Positions 9,223 through 19,423 are shown, numbered from the stretch's first letter. The stretch: DNA of 59,974 bases from an uncultured Dehalococcoidales bacterium (GCA_964611805.1 CAZTBG010000002.1:3053-63026); one strand, 5' to 3'. Numbers and translations: made by a program. The notes: generated from the sequence alone by a model not told the origin.

Positions 9223-9980
9223 TGAAGAAAATGGATATAGAGAGTCTGGATACAAAAGTAGCCCTGGTGACGGGCGCATCTCGTGGTCTGGGGAGAGCAG
9301 TTGCTATCAGGCTGGCAACCTGCGGCGCCAAAGTAGCGGTAAACTATCTTTCCAGTAGCCAACAAGCGAATAAAGTAAGCGAGGAAATTGAAGGCCTGGG
9401 AGGCCAGGCAATACTATGCAGGGCGGACGTGTCTGATGACCGAGCCGTCCATGAGATGACCCGGCAAGTTGTTTCACAATGGGGCAAGATTGATATCCTG
9501 GTCAACAATGCTGGTATTGTCAGAGACACTCTCCTCTTGCGGATGCCGAATGAAGCCTGGGATGAGGTGTTGAACACCAACCTGCGCGGTGCCTATTTAT
9601 GCACCAAGTATGCGCTGCGCTCGATGATGGAACAGGACTGGGGCAGGATCATCAATATAGCCTCGCTAGCCGGACTGGTGGGCAATGCGGGACAAACGAA
9701 CTACTCGGCAGCTAAGGGCGGTCTTATTGCTTTTACTAAGAGTGTCGCTCGTGAGGTCGGCCCGCGTAACATTACCGTAAATGCTATCGCTCCCGGTTTT
9801 ATTGTTACCGAGATGACGGATAAACTGCCGAAGGAAACTAAGGACGCCATTCTGGCACGTATCCCGCTCGGGCGTTTTGGTGTGGCGGACGATGTAGCCG
9901 GACTGGCAGCCTTTCTGGCCAGCGAGCAAGCCAGTTACATCACGGCACAGGTTATATGCGTCGATGGTGGCGTGATATAA
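9222..9980 (+). CDS. fabG: 3-oxoacyl-ACP reductase
   Basis: VTGASRGLGRAVA, NNAGI, YSAAKGG motifs; position after fabF. Confidence 0.85.
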   Translation: MKKMDIESLDTKVALVTGASRGLGRAVAIRLATCGAKVAVNYLSSSQQANKVSEEIEGLGGQAILCRADVSDDRAVHEMTRQVVSQWGKIDILVNNAGIVRDTLLLRMPNEAWDEVLNTNLRGAYLCTKYALRSMMEQDWGRIINIASLAGLVGNAGQTNYSAAKGGLIAFTKSVAREVGPRNITVNAIAPGFIVTEMTDKLPKETKDAILARIPLGRFGVADDVAGLAAFLASEQASYITAQVICVDGGVI

Positions 9981-9990
9981 GGAGGTCAAA

Positions 9991-10842
9991 ATGGCTAAAG
10001 TAGGTATTGTCACGGATACTATTGCCTGTTTGCCCCCGGAGATAATCCAGAGATACGATATCAGGATTTTACCCGTCCCCCTCAATATTAACGGTAAGCC
10101 TCATCGCGATGGGGTAGACATCAATCCGGACGGTTTCTGGGAAATATTCAAGGACATCAGGGAATTCACCACCGGTGCACCGGCTATCACCGAGTATACT
10201 GATATTCTGAAAGACCTGAGCAAAACAACTGATAATATCGTCTGCATTTTTGTGTCCAAAGGCCTGAGTGCCATTAATGAAGCAGGAGTCCAGGCATGCG
10301 ACCTGTTTAAGAAAGAGAACCCGGGAGTCAATATAGAGGTTATTGATAGCCGGACCGCCGCCGGAGCGGAGGGATTCATCGTAGAGGAAATGGCCCGGGC
10401 GGCAAATGATGGCAAGAGCCTGGCCGAAGTCGTTCAGGTGGCTAACGATACTATCCCCAGGGTGAAGTTTGTAACGGTAATGGAGACCCTGAAGTATCTT
10501 ATCAAGAGCGGAAGGGCTCCCAAGACAGCCTATATGGGAGAACTATTTCAGGTAAAGCCGATAATCGGTATGGTCAACAATACCGGACTGGTCGAGAACC
10601 TGGGGCGAGCCAGAGGTAAGGAAAAGGCCCTGGCAAGGTTGCTCAAGTTAATGGAAGAACACGTTGATGTCAGCCAGCCGATACGGGTCAATGTTCATTA
10701 CACTAACTCCATTAAAGACGGTGAACAACTGAAAGAACTGGTCACAAATAGATTCAATTGTATGGAAACCTATTTCACTCCCTACACACCGGTGATGTCC
10801 GGCCATACAGGTCCGGTAGTCGCGGTCTCCTTCTATGCCTGA
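9991..10842 (+). CDS. DegV family fatty-acid-binding protein (FakB-like)
   Basis: 283-aa ORF with DegV-like N-terminus (VGIVTDTIACLPPE); adjacent to DAK2 protein. Confidence 0.8.
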   Translation: MAKVGIVTDTIACLPPEIIQRYDIRILPVPLNINGKPHRDGVDINPDGFWEIFKDIREFTTGAPAITEYTDILKDLSKTTDNIVCIFVSKGLSAINEAGVQACDLFKKENPGVNIEVIDSRTAAGAEGFIVEEMARAANDGKSLAEVVQVANDTIPRVKFVTVMETLKYLIKSGRAPKTAYMGELFQVKPIIGMVNNTGLVENLGRARGKEKALARLLKLMEEHVDVSQPIRVNVHYTNSIKDGEQLKELVTNRFNCMETYFTPYTPVMSGHTGPVVAVSFYA

Positions 10843-10894
10843 GATAGAATAGCAATTGAGTTCGTGGTGTTACCTGACCGAAGGTTTATATGTG

Positions 10895-12520
10895 ATGAGA
10901 CAAAGGACAACTCTCAGTGGTCATGACCTAAGGGCGATGCTCACCGCCGGTACTAACTGGTTGGAAAGGATTGTCCCGGACATCAATGCCCTGAACGTCT
11001 ATCCGGTGCCAGATGGAGATTGCGGTACTAATATGCTGCTCACCATGCGTGCCAGCCTGACTGAAGCCACTAGACTTGCCGACGGCACTGGCATATCCGC
11101 CATGGCCGAAGCTATAGCCAGAGGAGCTCTGATGGGTGCCCGCGGCAATAGCGGGGTTATCCTTTCACAGATATGGCGTGGACTCTTCGAAGGGCTGAAA
11201 GATAGAGAAGCGGTCAATTCCCAGGAACTGGCACAGGCTTTAAAAGAAGCCTCATTGGTAGCTTATCGCGCATTGAGTAATCCGGTTGAAGGTACTATTT
11301 TGACCGTGATAAAAGATGCGGCTTCGGCCGCTGGGCGGGAAGCATCTGTTGACGGGGCCAGGCCGGTATCGACCCTTAAAGCAGCAGTCCAGGCTGCCAG
11401 GTCGTCTGTGAAGAATACCCCGAACCTCCTCTCGGTACTGAAGGATGCCGGGGTGGTCGATGCCGGCGGGCACGGACTGTACACATTACTGGAAGGGGCT
11501 TTACTTTATCTGGAAGGTAACACAGATAATCGGTCCCCCGAGTTGCTGACAAGCGGACTGTCGCCGTTGGCGCAGCCTTCACTGACTCCTGGCGAAGGGG
11601 ACTCCTATGGTTTTTGCACACAATTCATGGTGAAAGAAGGAAAGTTCCCTACCACTAAAATCAGGGACGCCCTGGGAAGTATGGGGAATTCGCTGATGGT
11701 GGTAGGCGATTCATCGGCAATCAGGGTACACATTCACACTCAGGACCCGGATGCGGTCATTGAGGTCGCTTCCTCCTTTGGCAACTTGGTCGACATCGAC
11801 ATCCATGACATGGACGAACAGCACATAGAATTCCTGTTACTGCACCAGGAGAAGATGACAAAACTGGACACCGCTATTATTGCCGTGGTCAATGGCGACG
11901 GGATGATTGATGTATTTTCCGACCTAGGAGTATCTGCCATCATTCCCGGGGGGCAGACAATGAATCCCAGCACCATCGACATGCTCCAGACGATTATAGA
12001 GGTAACATCGGATAATATTATCTTTTTACCAAACAACAAGAACGTAATTCCCGCAGCTCTCCTGGCTCAATCTCTGACCGAAAAGAACCTTCGGTTAATC
12101 CCTACGGAGACGATTCCCCAGGGAATTGCAGCCCTCATTGCTTTCGTCCCTGAAGCTGATTTCGAAACGAATGTGGAGCAGATGACTGAAGCCATAACCG
12201 CCGTGAAGACAATCGAGATAACGCACGCCACCCGCACCACCAGGTCAAATAATGTGAACATTAAAGAAGGTGAGATTATCGGTCTTCTTGACGGTGAATT
12301 GCTGGCTGTTGGAGATACAACCGAGAACGTCATATTTCAGCTGTTCAGCCGAATTGATTTGGGACAGGCTGGCATAGTTACGCTCTACCACGGCAAAGAC
12401 ACCGATGAGATTGAAGCAAAGCAAATAGGTGCCAAGATTTGCGAGCAATATCCCGGGCTTGAAGTCGGAGTGGTGGGTGGCGGTCAACCTAATTATAGGT
12501 ATATTATCTCCGTGGAATAA
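10895..12520 (+). CDS. DAK2/DhaL-domain protein, FakA/YloV-like fatty acid kinase subunit
   Basis: DGDCGTNM Dak2 motif; ATG 10895 preferred over the TTG at 10856. Confidence 0.8.
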   Translation: MRQRTTLSGHDLRAMLTAGTNWLERIVPDINALNVYPVPDGDCGTNMLLTMRASLTEATRLADGTGISAMAEAIARGALMGARGNSGVILSQIWRGLFEGLKDREAVNSQELAQALKEASLVAYRALSNPVEGTILTVIKDAASAAGREASVDGARPVSTLKAAVQAARSSVKNTPNLLSVLKDAGVVDAGGHGLYTLLEGALLYLEGNTDNRSPELLTSGLSPLAQPSLTPGEGDSYGFCTQFMVKEGKFPTTKIRDALGSMGNSLMVVGDSSAIRVHIHTQDPDAVIEVASSFGNLVDIDIHDMDEQHIEFLLLHQEKMTKLDTAIIAVVNGDGMIDVFSDLGVSAIIPGGQTMNPSTIDMLQTIIEVTSDNIIFLPNNKNVIPAALLAQSLTEKNLRLIPTETIPQGIAALIAFVPEADFETNVEQMTEAITAVKTIEITHATRTTRSNNVNIKEGEIIGLLDGELLAVGDTTENVIFQLFSRIDLGQAGIVTLYHGKDTDEIEAKQIGAKICEQYPGLEVGVVGGGQPNYRYIISVE

Positions 12521-12561
12521 CTTTCCGGCAAGTACTGGATACAGGGAGGGGCGGTAGCTGT

Positions 12562-13368
12562 TTGGTGCAGGAAAATACACCGCTGGAAGAGCTGATTAAA
12601 CTTGGCGGTAAAGGTGCAATTGTTACCGGCGGAGCCAGGGGTATTGGGTTCGCCATTGCCCGCAGGCTAGCCGAAGCCGGGGCTACAGTATGTCTAGCTG
12701 ATATCAACGCTGGAGAAGCTGAAAAAGCATCCGGTGAACTCACATCCCAGGGGTATAATGTGCTATTCCTGAAGTGCGATGTGACTGATGAAGCGGATGT
12801 GCGGGATATGGTAGCCGGTGCCGTAACAAAACTGGGCAGCATTGATATACTGGTCAATAATGCTGGTATTTATCCCCGAAAACCACTCGGTGAAATGACC
12901 GGTGATGATTTCGAGCGCGTGATATCGGTAAACCTGAAAGGGACATTTCTCTGCAGTCGATATGCCATCCCGGAGATGATAAAGAATCAGCGGGGCGGCT
13001 CCATTATAAACATTGCTTCAATCGAGGCTGTCCACCCTTCGTCCACAGGGATGTCTGCCTATGATGCTTCGAAGGGTGGTGTGTTAATGCTCACCAAAAG
13101 TATGGCACGCGAACTCGGACAACATGGCATTCGTGTGAATGCTATTGCCCCAGGGGCTATTAAGACTCAGGGTATCCTGTCACACACCAAAATATCACCA
13201 GACAGGAGTCAGATAAAAGAACTGAAGTCCTTTGTATCGCGTATGGCTCTAGGGCGAATGGGCGACGCAGATGATATTGCCAGAGTGGCCTTATTCCTGG
13301 CGTCAGACCTATCCAGTTACATCACTGGCGATTTGATTGTGGTCGACGGTGGTTATTTAGTGTCCTAA
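12562..13368 (+). CDS. SDR family oxidoreductase
   Basis: TGGARGIGFAIA, NNAGI, YDASKGG motifs. Confidence 0.8.
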   Translation: MVQENTPLEELIKLGGKGAIVTGGARGIGFAIARRLAEAGATVCLADINAGEAEKASGELTSQGYNVLFLKCDVTDEADVRDMVAGAVTKLGSIDILVNNAGIYPRKPLGEMTGDDFERVISVNLKGTFLCSRYAIPEMIKNQRGGSIINIASIEAVHPSSTGMSAYDASKGGVLMLTKSMARELGQHGIRVNAIAPGAIKTQGILSHTKISPDRSQIKELKSFVSRMALGRMGDADDIARVALFLASDLSSYITGDLIVVDGGYLVS

Positions 13369-13589
13369 CGAGCCGAGACATCATCTCTTCCCCATTCACT
13401 GTTAGACAAGAATACAGATACTAACCATTCAAGAGCTATTACACGGTAAGAAAGTGGATTACCCACAACATGCAACAGTAGCCACATTCAAGAAAGCACA
13501 GCGAGTACGTAAGGCTAAAGGTGAGGAACAAAACCGATTGCTGTAACTGTAACTCTGCGAACTTTTTTCATACGTACTTTTCGATAACC

Positions 13590-14192
13590 TTATACACCAG
13601 GTTTGATTTGAGTTAATGCTTCCTTATTTACTTCCCTGATATAGAATATCGCTTGCAAGTATGTGGCTATTGCATACACAAACTCATTCTCCAATACTGG
13701 GAACAACACTGGATTGGCAAGCCAACTATCATATACAGCCTTTTTCTCTTTATTCGCATGAGCTAGACCGCCATATAAAAAGACTTCAAATACATGCCTA
13801 TAATTTATGTTGGCCTTACCAATTTTTATAGGAGCTGGCTTGTCAAGAAATTCATTCGTCTTGTTACGTGCTTCATTGAACTTCTGAACCAAATCAGCAC
13901 TAACTGATAACTTATCATAAATATCTGCCATGTTTCTAAACGATGTGGTTTCATTATCTTGGACGAAAAATCGTAATGTGAATAAGAATGCATCAATAGA
14001 TTCATCATCGGGGCCAAAACGTTCAGCTTTGATAAATTGCCCCTCTTCTCCATAGATTCTAAACCCACTTTTCTGATTAAAGACTGTTTTCGTAAAGCTA
14101 AGACCTTCTAGCTTAATTGCCTTCTCGTTAAATAATTCTAGAGCATAAACTGCACATTCACTTTTGGCTAACTTTCGTTTTTGCTTTTTCAT
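13590..14192 (-). CDS. Hypothetical protein (200 aa), no domain recognised, in AT-rich islet
   Basis: Only long ORF in an AT-rich segment; opposite orientation to flanking genes. Confidence 0.5.
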   Translation of the reverse strand: MKKQKRKLAKSECAVYALELFNEKAIKLEGLSFTKTVFNQKSGFRIYGEEGQFIKAERFGPDDESIDAFLFTLRFFVQDNETTSFRNMADIYDKLSVSADLVQKFNEARNKTNEFLDKPAPIKIGKANINYRHVFEVFLYGGLAHANKEKKAVYDSWLANPVLFPVLENEFVYAIATYLQAIFYIREVNKEALTQIKPGV

Positions 14193-14270
14193 TACGCAAA
14201 AACTTTATCCCCACCGCGTATTTTTGTCAATAACAGTTAGACTTAAACATTGTTTTGCTGGAATCTTCAG

Positions 14271-14293
14271 TTTTTGCTAACATTTTTGCTAAC
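14271..14293. repeat. Two tandem copies of TTTTTGCTAAC (12-bp period) upstream of the 13590..14192 gene
   Basis: TTTTTGCTAAC at 14271-14281 and 14283-14293. Confidence 0.6.
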
Positions 14294-14757
14294 GAACTTT
14301 TTAGCACCATAAAAAACCAAGAGTTACTTAGCGGTACAAATCAAAGCTAAATCGAATGTAAAGAGGCACTAGGATTTACTTGCTTCCACGCTCAGGTACA
14401 AACCTCCTGTATCTTGCTAGAACACCCGATCCAACAAATTCACGAATATCTTGTGAACTGATTTTGACTTTGTACGAACTGAGCTTGTTTATGTTCCTGC
14501 CGAATACGAGAAACAATATGTTGAATTCATACTCACGAATCATCTCAATCCAGGTGGTAAATTGCTGGTAGCTAATTACGGGAAGGCATGAGTAATCAAG
14601 AAGGATGTCTTCCCGAGGGAGCGCATGCGACCGACAACATCGTTCAGCATCTCAGTGAACTTGGTATAAAGGCTGTTCAATATCAAGATGGCTATGACCG
14701 AATCAAGAACAGGAAAACAAGAGTCGCCATCTTGACATCCGAGGCAATAAGGTAAAA

Positions 14758-15282
14758 ATGAAAGTATATTTCGTAACTCACGCAACTACTGAAGACAATG
14801 AAGCCGGGATTGCCTCCGGCTGGAATGATACAAGGTTATCCCAGATGGGCATTCAGCAGGCGGAAGGTCGAAGAGAGACCTTTCGGGACATTAAGATAGA
14901 TCTGGTTTACTCCTCTGACCTACGCCGGGCTATTGATACCGCCAGAATAGCATTTAATGAAAAAATATCTGTTATCACTGACCGCAGGCCCAGGGAAATC
15001 AATTACGGCGACTTGAACGGTAAACCAGTTGATTTGGTTGATCCAACGAATAAAAAGTGGATAGATGAATCTTTCTCCAATGGGGAGAACTATCAACAGG
15101 CTCTGGCAAGAATTCAGAATTTTTGCTTGCAATTAAAAAGGAATCACCCAGAGAAGACAATTCTCATTATTGGCCATCGCGCCACTCAATTCGGACTGGA
15201 CACATTTACTGACAAAAGAACGATAGAAGAGTGTCTAAGCGTACCTTTTGTGTGGAAACCATATTGGGAATATAATCTATAA
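14758..15282 (+). CDS. Histidine phosphatase (phosphoglycerate mutase-like) family protein with atypical first motif
   Basis: Family layout (SSDLRRAIDTA, IIGHRATQ), but the N-terminal motif reads THA instead of RHG. Confidence 0.7.
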   Translation: MKVYFVTHATTEDNEAGIASGWNDTRLSQMGIQQAEGRRETFRDIKIDLVYSSDLRRAIDTARIAFNEKISVITDRRPREINYGDLNGKPVDLVDPTNKKWIDESFSNGENYQQALARIQNFCLQLKRNHPEKTILIIGHRATQFGLDTFTDKRTIEECLSVPFVWKPYWEYNL

Positions 15283-15496
15283 TATTTCTGATAGCTTTCT
15301 ATACATCGCATAATTGGGTGTTTTGTGACCATGTAATCTAATTCGACCCACGGCGGAATTTCTCCAACCTTTTCCGCTATTCTGCTACAGCTTCGTTTTC
15401 CGTCGAGATGAAGTAACGTGATTTACTAGGTGAAAACAACGGGCGATTCACCAACCAACTACCTCCACTACCGTGCGCGGAATAAGATTATAGATA

Positions 15497-15525
15497 TTGA
15501 CAGTAGGAGGGTTCAGCACTATAAT
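15497..15525 (+). promoter_or_regulatory. Consensus sigma70 promoter TTGACA-17-TATAAT
   Basis: TTGACA 15497-15502, exact 17-nt spacer, TATAAT 15520-15525; about 125-nt leader to GTG 15657. Confidence 0.55.
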
Positions 15526-15656
15526 AGCGCATCGACTTTTGCACGCCCAGGTACCTCATGGTAGCCACCAGGTATGGTACAAGTTTCGAAGTAGGCGAAC
15601 CACCTCAATCCACATGCTTGATGCGCTGATAAAGTATTGGTAGCGAGAGTGTTTGA

Positions 15657-16436
15657 GTGAAGCGACTTACTGCCATAAGTGCTGCCTTTTTTCAGGAATG
15701 GAAGACAACGGCGGGCCTGGCTAACTATATGGCTCAGCTAGCTGGAATTTTAGTCAGGAGCGCCGCACTTGCCTGGATTGTACACCAGAGTGGAGACCGG
15801 GCATTGATGACCTATGTTTATGTGGGTATACCCCTGATATCAATCTGGTTCTGGGTCGTATTTCAGGTTGGTTGGTCTCTTTCCAACGAGTTAGTCGGCC
15901 GGACGCTGGATTTCAACATCATCTCTCGCACGCCGGTAATCTTCGTGATGCTAGGCAAAACACTAACGCACGTCGCATTCTGGATACCGGCCGGAATCAT
16001 CTCATTTATCACGGTGCTCCTGGTGTCCGGTCAATTGCCCGAAATGGCTAATATCGAAACATTACCACTCTCATTGTTGTTGGTTATCGCTGGACTCGTT
16101 GCAACCAGCTTGTTCTTTGCCCCATTGGTGGTCCTTGTTGGGGGAGCTGGAGGATTCTTTAATGCCATTATGCCTATAGGTGCTGCACTGGGTGGGTTCA
16201 TATTGCCGGTAGACCGGCTGCCGTTCGGACTGGAGGTTGTGGCACGTTGTTTCCCTACATCGTGGGCGATGGAGAGTATCTGGTCAGGCATTGAGGGCCC
16301 CGGCTTCTGGGAACTAGCTATGCGTGGTTGGGCTGTTTCAATCGTTTTATCAGTAGTATGGCTCATCATAGATTATCTGATGTGCAATGCCGTTGAGAAG
16401 CGGATCCGCGTTACCGGTACTCTTGGTATCTACTAG
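15657..16436 (+). CDS. ABC-2 type transporter permease
   Basis: 259-aa polytopic hydrophobic ORF next to a second permease and an ABC ATPase. Confidence 0.65.
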   Translation: MKRLTAISAAFFQEWKTTAGLANYMAQLAGILVRSAALAWIVHQSGDRALMTYVYVGIPLISIWFWVVFQVGWSLSNELVGRTLDFNIISRTPVIFVMLGKTLTHVAFWIPAGIISFITVLLVSGQLPEMANIETLPLSLLLVIAGLVATSLFFAPLVVLVGGAGGFFNAIMPIGAALGGFILPVDRLPFGLEVVARCFPTSWAMESIWSGIEGPGFWELAMRGWAVSIVLSVVWLIIDYLMCNAVEKRIRVTGTLGIY

Positions 16437-16458
16437 GGAACCATTGACGAGAAGTATC

Positions 16459-17244
16459 ATGTATAACTTTTTGGTGCAATCATATTCAACCTACAAGGGG
16501 CTATTCTACTGGCTTCAGTGGATGAGCTATGTCTCTAACGTGGTCCTCTACCCGATTGCCTACATTTTGATGTACTCATTCCTGGGCAGGTTTTCTCGCG
16601 ACCCGGAAGCATCTCAGTACTACGCACTTGGCATAGCCGGCTACGCGATGGCCTTCATCGTCGTCGGTGGTATCACGCAGTCATATACGCGTGACAGGCA
16701 GTTGGGGACCATCTCGTTTCTTTTTGCCTCTCCGGCCAACAGGCTGGCGAACTACTTAAGCAGGGGTGTACTACACTATCCGAATGCCCTGCTGAATTTT
16801 GGATTTGCTATGCTTGGGGCGTGGCTCATCGTAGACCTGAACTTTGGGTCAGTAAGCTGGACGGGCTTTGCCATCGCTGTCCTGGTCATCGCTTTTTCAC
16901 TGATGGCATATGCCCAGTTTATGGGCGTATTCGCAATTGTGTCCCGTAATTGGATCGGTGTGATGTCAGTAGGCAACGCTGTTTTATTCATACTGTGTGG
17001 AGCGATTATTCCGATAACAGTATTCCCGGCTTATATCGGAGAACTCGCCAAGATTCTACCCATGACAAATGGACTGTTCGCCTTGAGAGAGGCTTTTGCC
17101 GGTGCCCCGCTATCGCAGGTCTCTGGCAACATTTTGCGTGAATTTCTCACTGGCCTGGGATATCTTACCCTCGGCTTTCTGGGGTTCGTAATGTTTGAGC
17201 GGGTGGCCAAGCGAAGAGGGACACTGGAACTGGAGGCATTGTAG
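16459..17244 (+). CDS. ABC-2 type transporter permease (second)
   Basis: Polytopic ORF; ATG 16459 avoids the 50-nt overlap implied by the ORF-track start at 16387. Confidence 0.65.
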   Translation: MYNFLVQSYSTYKGLFYWLQWMSYVSNVVLYPIAYILMYSFLGRFSRDPEASQYYALGIAGYAMAFIVVGGITQSYTRDRQLGTISFLFASPANRLANYLSRGVLHYPNALLNFGFAMLGAWLIVDLNFGSVSWTGFAIAVLVIAFSLMAYAQFMGVFAIVSRNWIGVMSVGNAVLFILCGAIIPITVFPAYIGELAKILPMTNGLFALREAFAGAPLSQVSGNILREFLTGLGYLTLGFLGFVMFERVAKRRGTLELEAL

Positions 17245-17274
17245 CCGACTTTACGATACGGAGAAAGACCAAAA

Positions 17275-18240
17275 ATGGATGCTATCATTGAATGTCAGGA
17301 TGTCGTGAGAGTCTTCATTTCGCGTGCCCTTGCCGGGGCTGGGAAGAAGAGGGAAGTAGTTGCTCTCGACGGGCTCAGTTTTACTGTGCCCCGTGGTATT
17401 ATTTTCGGCCTGCTTGGTCCTAATGGTGCAGGCAAGACAACTACAATCAGGATACTGACGACACTGCTAACACCTACTTCGGGTCAGGCACGGGTGAAGG
17501 GTTTTGATGTTGTCAGAGAAGCCTCCAAAGTAAGACAGCAGTTCGGGTTGATACTTGGAGGGGAGCGGGGGCTTTACGGTCGGCTGACTGGCGCCGAGAA
17601 TCTGAGGTACTTCGCTGCCGTTAACCATATGAGCCGTGAGTTGGCCAAGGAACGTGTGAAGGAGCTACTCCAGATGGTTGGGCTTGATACGGCCAGTGAT
17701 AGACCGGTCGAGCAGTACTCGAGGGGCATGAGACAGCGACTTCACGTTGCCCGAGGCCTCCTGACCGACCCGGAAATATTATTTATGGACGAGCCAACTA
17801 TTGGGCTTGATCCGGCTGGGGCGCAAGAGCTTCGCCAGTTAATACCAGAGTTTGCACATCAGGGTAAGACTATCCTGCTGACGACACACTATATGCTCGA
17901 GGCCGATGAGCTGTGCAACCAAGTGGCTATCATCAATAAGGGGCAAATTGTCGCATCGGGGACACCTTCAGAAATTAAGCGGCGGTTCAGTAAAGTCTCC
18001 GTAATTGAAGTGATTATGCGGCAAAGTCAGCCTGGTGCTACTGAGAACCTGAAGCCTGTCCAGGGCATTGAACGTGTTATCTCGAGCTCAGATGGACCGC
18101 TTCAAAAGCTGACTATTCATGTTTTGCCCGGCATAGAAGTCAAAGATGAGATTACGCAAGTCCTTGGTCAGAGCAATATTGAATCGCTCGTGATGAGAGA
18201 CCCGACTTTGGAAGAAGCGTATCTCAGTATCCTCAAGTGA
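17275..18240 (+). CDS. ABC transporter ATP-binding protein (DrrA/ABC-2 type)
   Basis: Walker A GPNGAGKTT, signature YSRGMRQRL, Walker B ILFMDEPT. Confidence 0.9.
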   Translation: MDAIIECQDVVRVFISRALAGAGKKREVVALDGLSFTVPRGIIFGLLGPNGAGKTTTIRILTTLLTPTSGQARVKGFDVVREASKVRQQFGLILGGERGLYGRLTGAENLRYFAAVNHMSRELAKERVKELLQMVGLDTASDRPVEQYSRGMRQRLHVARGLLTDPEILFMDEPTIGLDPAGAQELRQLIPEFAHQGKTILLTTHYMLEADELCNQVAIINKGQIVASGTPSEIKRRFSKVSVIEVIMRQSQPGATENLKPVQGIERVISSSDGPLQKLTIHVLPGIEVKDEITQVLGQSNIESLVMRDPTLEEAYLSILK

Positions 18241-18316
18241 TCGACAAACCTTTTCTGGCAGACTTTGCACAATAGGGCATTTTGTTCAGACTGCTTCACA
18301 CTTCAAATAGCTGATT

Positions 18317-19351
18317 ATGATGAACGAACATCACAAACTAGATGAATTAAAAACCAGAGAGACTTGGTTTGACAAAGTGCCAAAGGTGGAACTACACATA
18401 CACCTTGAAGGAGCTATTCCACATTATGCCTTGTGGGAGCTCATCCAGAAGTATGGCGGAAAGTCGTCTGTCCCCAGTATCGAGGTTCTTAGAAGCAGGT
18501 TTCAGTATCGTGATTTTCCTCACTTTATTGAGACTTGGGTTTGGAAAAACCAGTTCTTACGGGAATACGAAGATTTCACTTTCATTGCTGAGGCAGTAGC
18601 TAGAGACCTCACAAGCCAGAATGTTCTTTATGCTGAGACTATTTTTGCTCCTTCAGAATTCACCGTACATGGATTGGAAACGCAGAAACTAGCCGAAGGT
18701 ATCCGCATTGGTCTTTCTAAGGTGCCAGAAATAGAAGTTGCATTGATAGCTGACCTGGTTCGCGACCGCGAATTGGATAATGCAGCTAAAAACCTGGCAG
18801 AAATCAATGAGGTAAGAGAACTCGGAATCATCGGTGTCACGATCGGTGGTTCGGAACAGGATTACCCTCCTGAACCTTTCGCTGATATTTACGAAAGAGC
18901 CAGGCAGATGGGCTTTCATACCAGCGCGCATGCCGGGGAAGCTGCCGGCCCAGAGAGCGTGTGGGGAGCGATCAGGAGCCTCAAAGTAGAAAGAATCGGG
19001 CATGGTACAAGGGCCATCGAAGACCAGTCCCTGGTTGACTATATTGCCGAGCACCAAATTCCCATTGAAATCTGCCTTATATCCAATTTGAGGACTGGCA
19101 CAGTTGATAATATCGAGAATCATCCTGTACGGCACTTCTTCGATAAAGGAATCCCTATCTCAATCAACACTGATGACCCAAAGATGTTCGGTACTTCATT
19201 GGCTGAAGAGTATCATGTACTCGAAACAAAACTTGGCTTTTCTCGTGAGGAGACACGGACAATTATTCTCCAAGGTATAGGGGCATCCTGGCTTCCGGAG
19301 GATAGGAAACGCCAGTTGGTTCAAAGGTTTCGTAGCGAACCAGTATGGTAA
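18317..19351 (+). CDS. add: Adenosine deaminase
   Basis: VELHIHLEGAI, SAHAGE, RIGHG, SINTDDP metal/active-site motifs. Confidence 0.85.
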   Translation: MMNEHHKLDELKTRETWFDKVPKVELHIHLEGAIPHYALWELIQKYGGKSSVPSIEVLRSRFQYRDFPHFIETWVWKNQFLREYEDFTFIAEAVARDLTSQNVLYAETIFAPSEFTVHGLETQKLAEGIRIGLSKVPEIEVALIADLVRDRELDNAAKNLAEINEVRELGIIGVTIGGSEQDYPPEPFADIYERARQMGFHTSAHAGEAAGPESVWGAIRSLKVERIGHGTRAIEDQSLVDYIAEHQIPIEICLISNLRTGTVDNIENHPVRHFFDKGIPISINTDDPKMFGTSLAEEYHVLETKLGFSREETRTIILQGIGASWLPEDRKRQLVQRFRSEPVW

Positions 19352-19423
19352 ACCACAGACCTAGAACAAGGTCACATGTTGGCATATTGTAAGAAATAGT
19401 GGGAGTGGCTATATTATTGCATT

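Noticed and set aside
15526-15627. 8-bp AGCGCATC/GATGCGCT pairing as the closing helix of a riboswitch-like leader RNA
   Set aside because: The left arm starts 1 nt after the -10 hexamer, so it would be largely upstream of the likely transcription start. No known riboswitch consensus was recognised.
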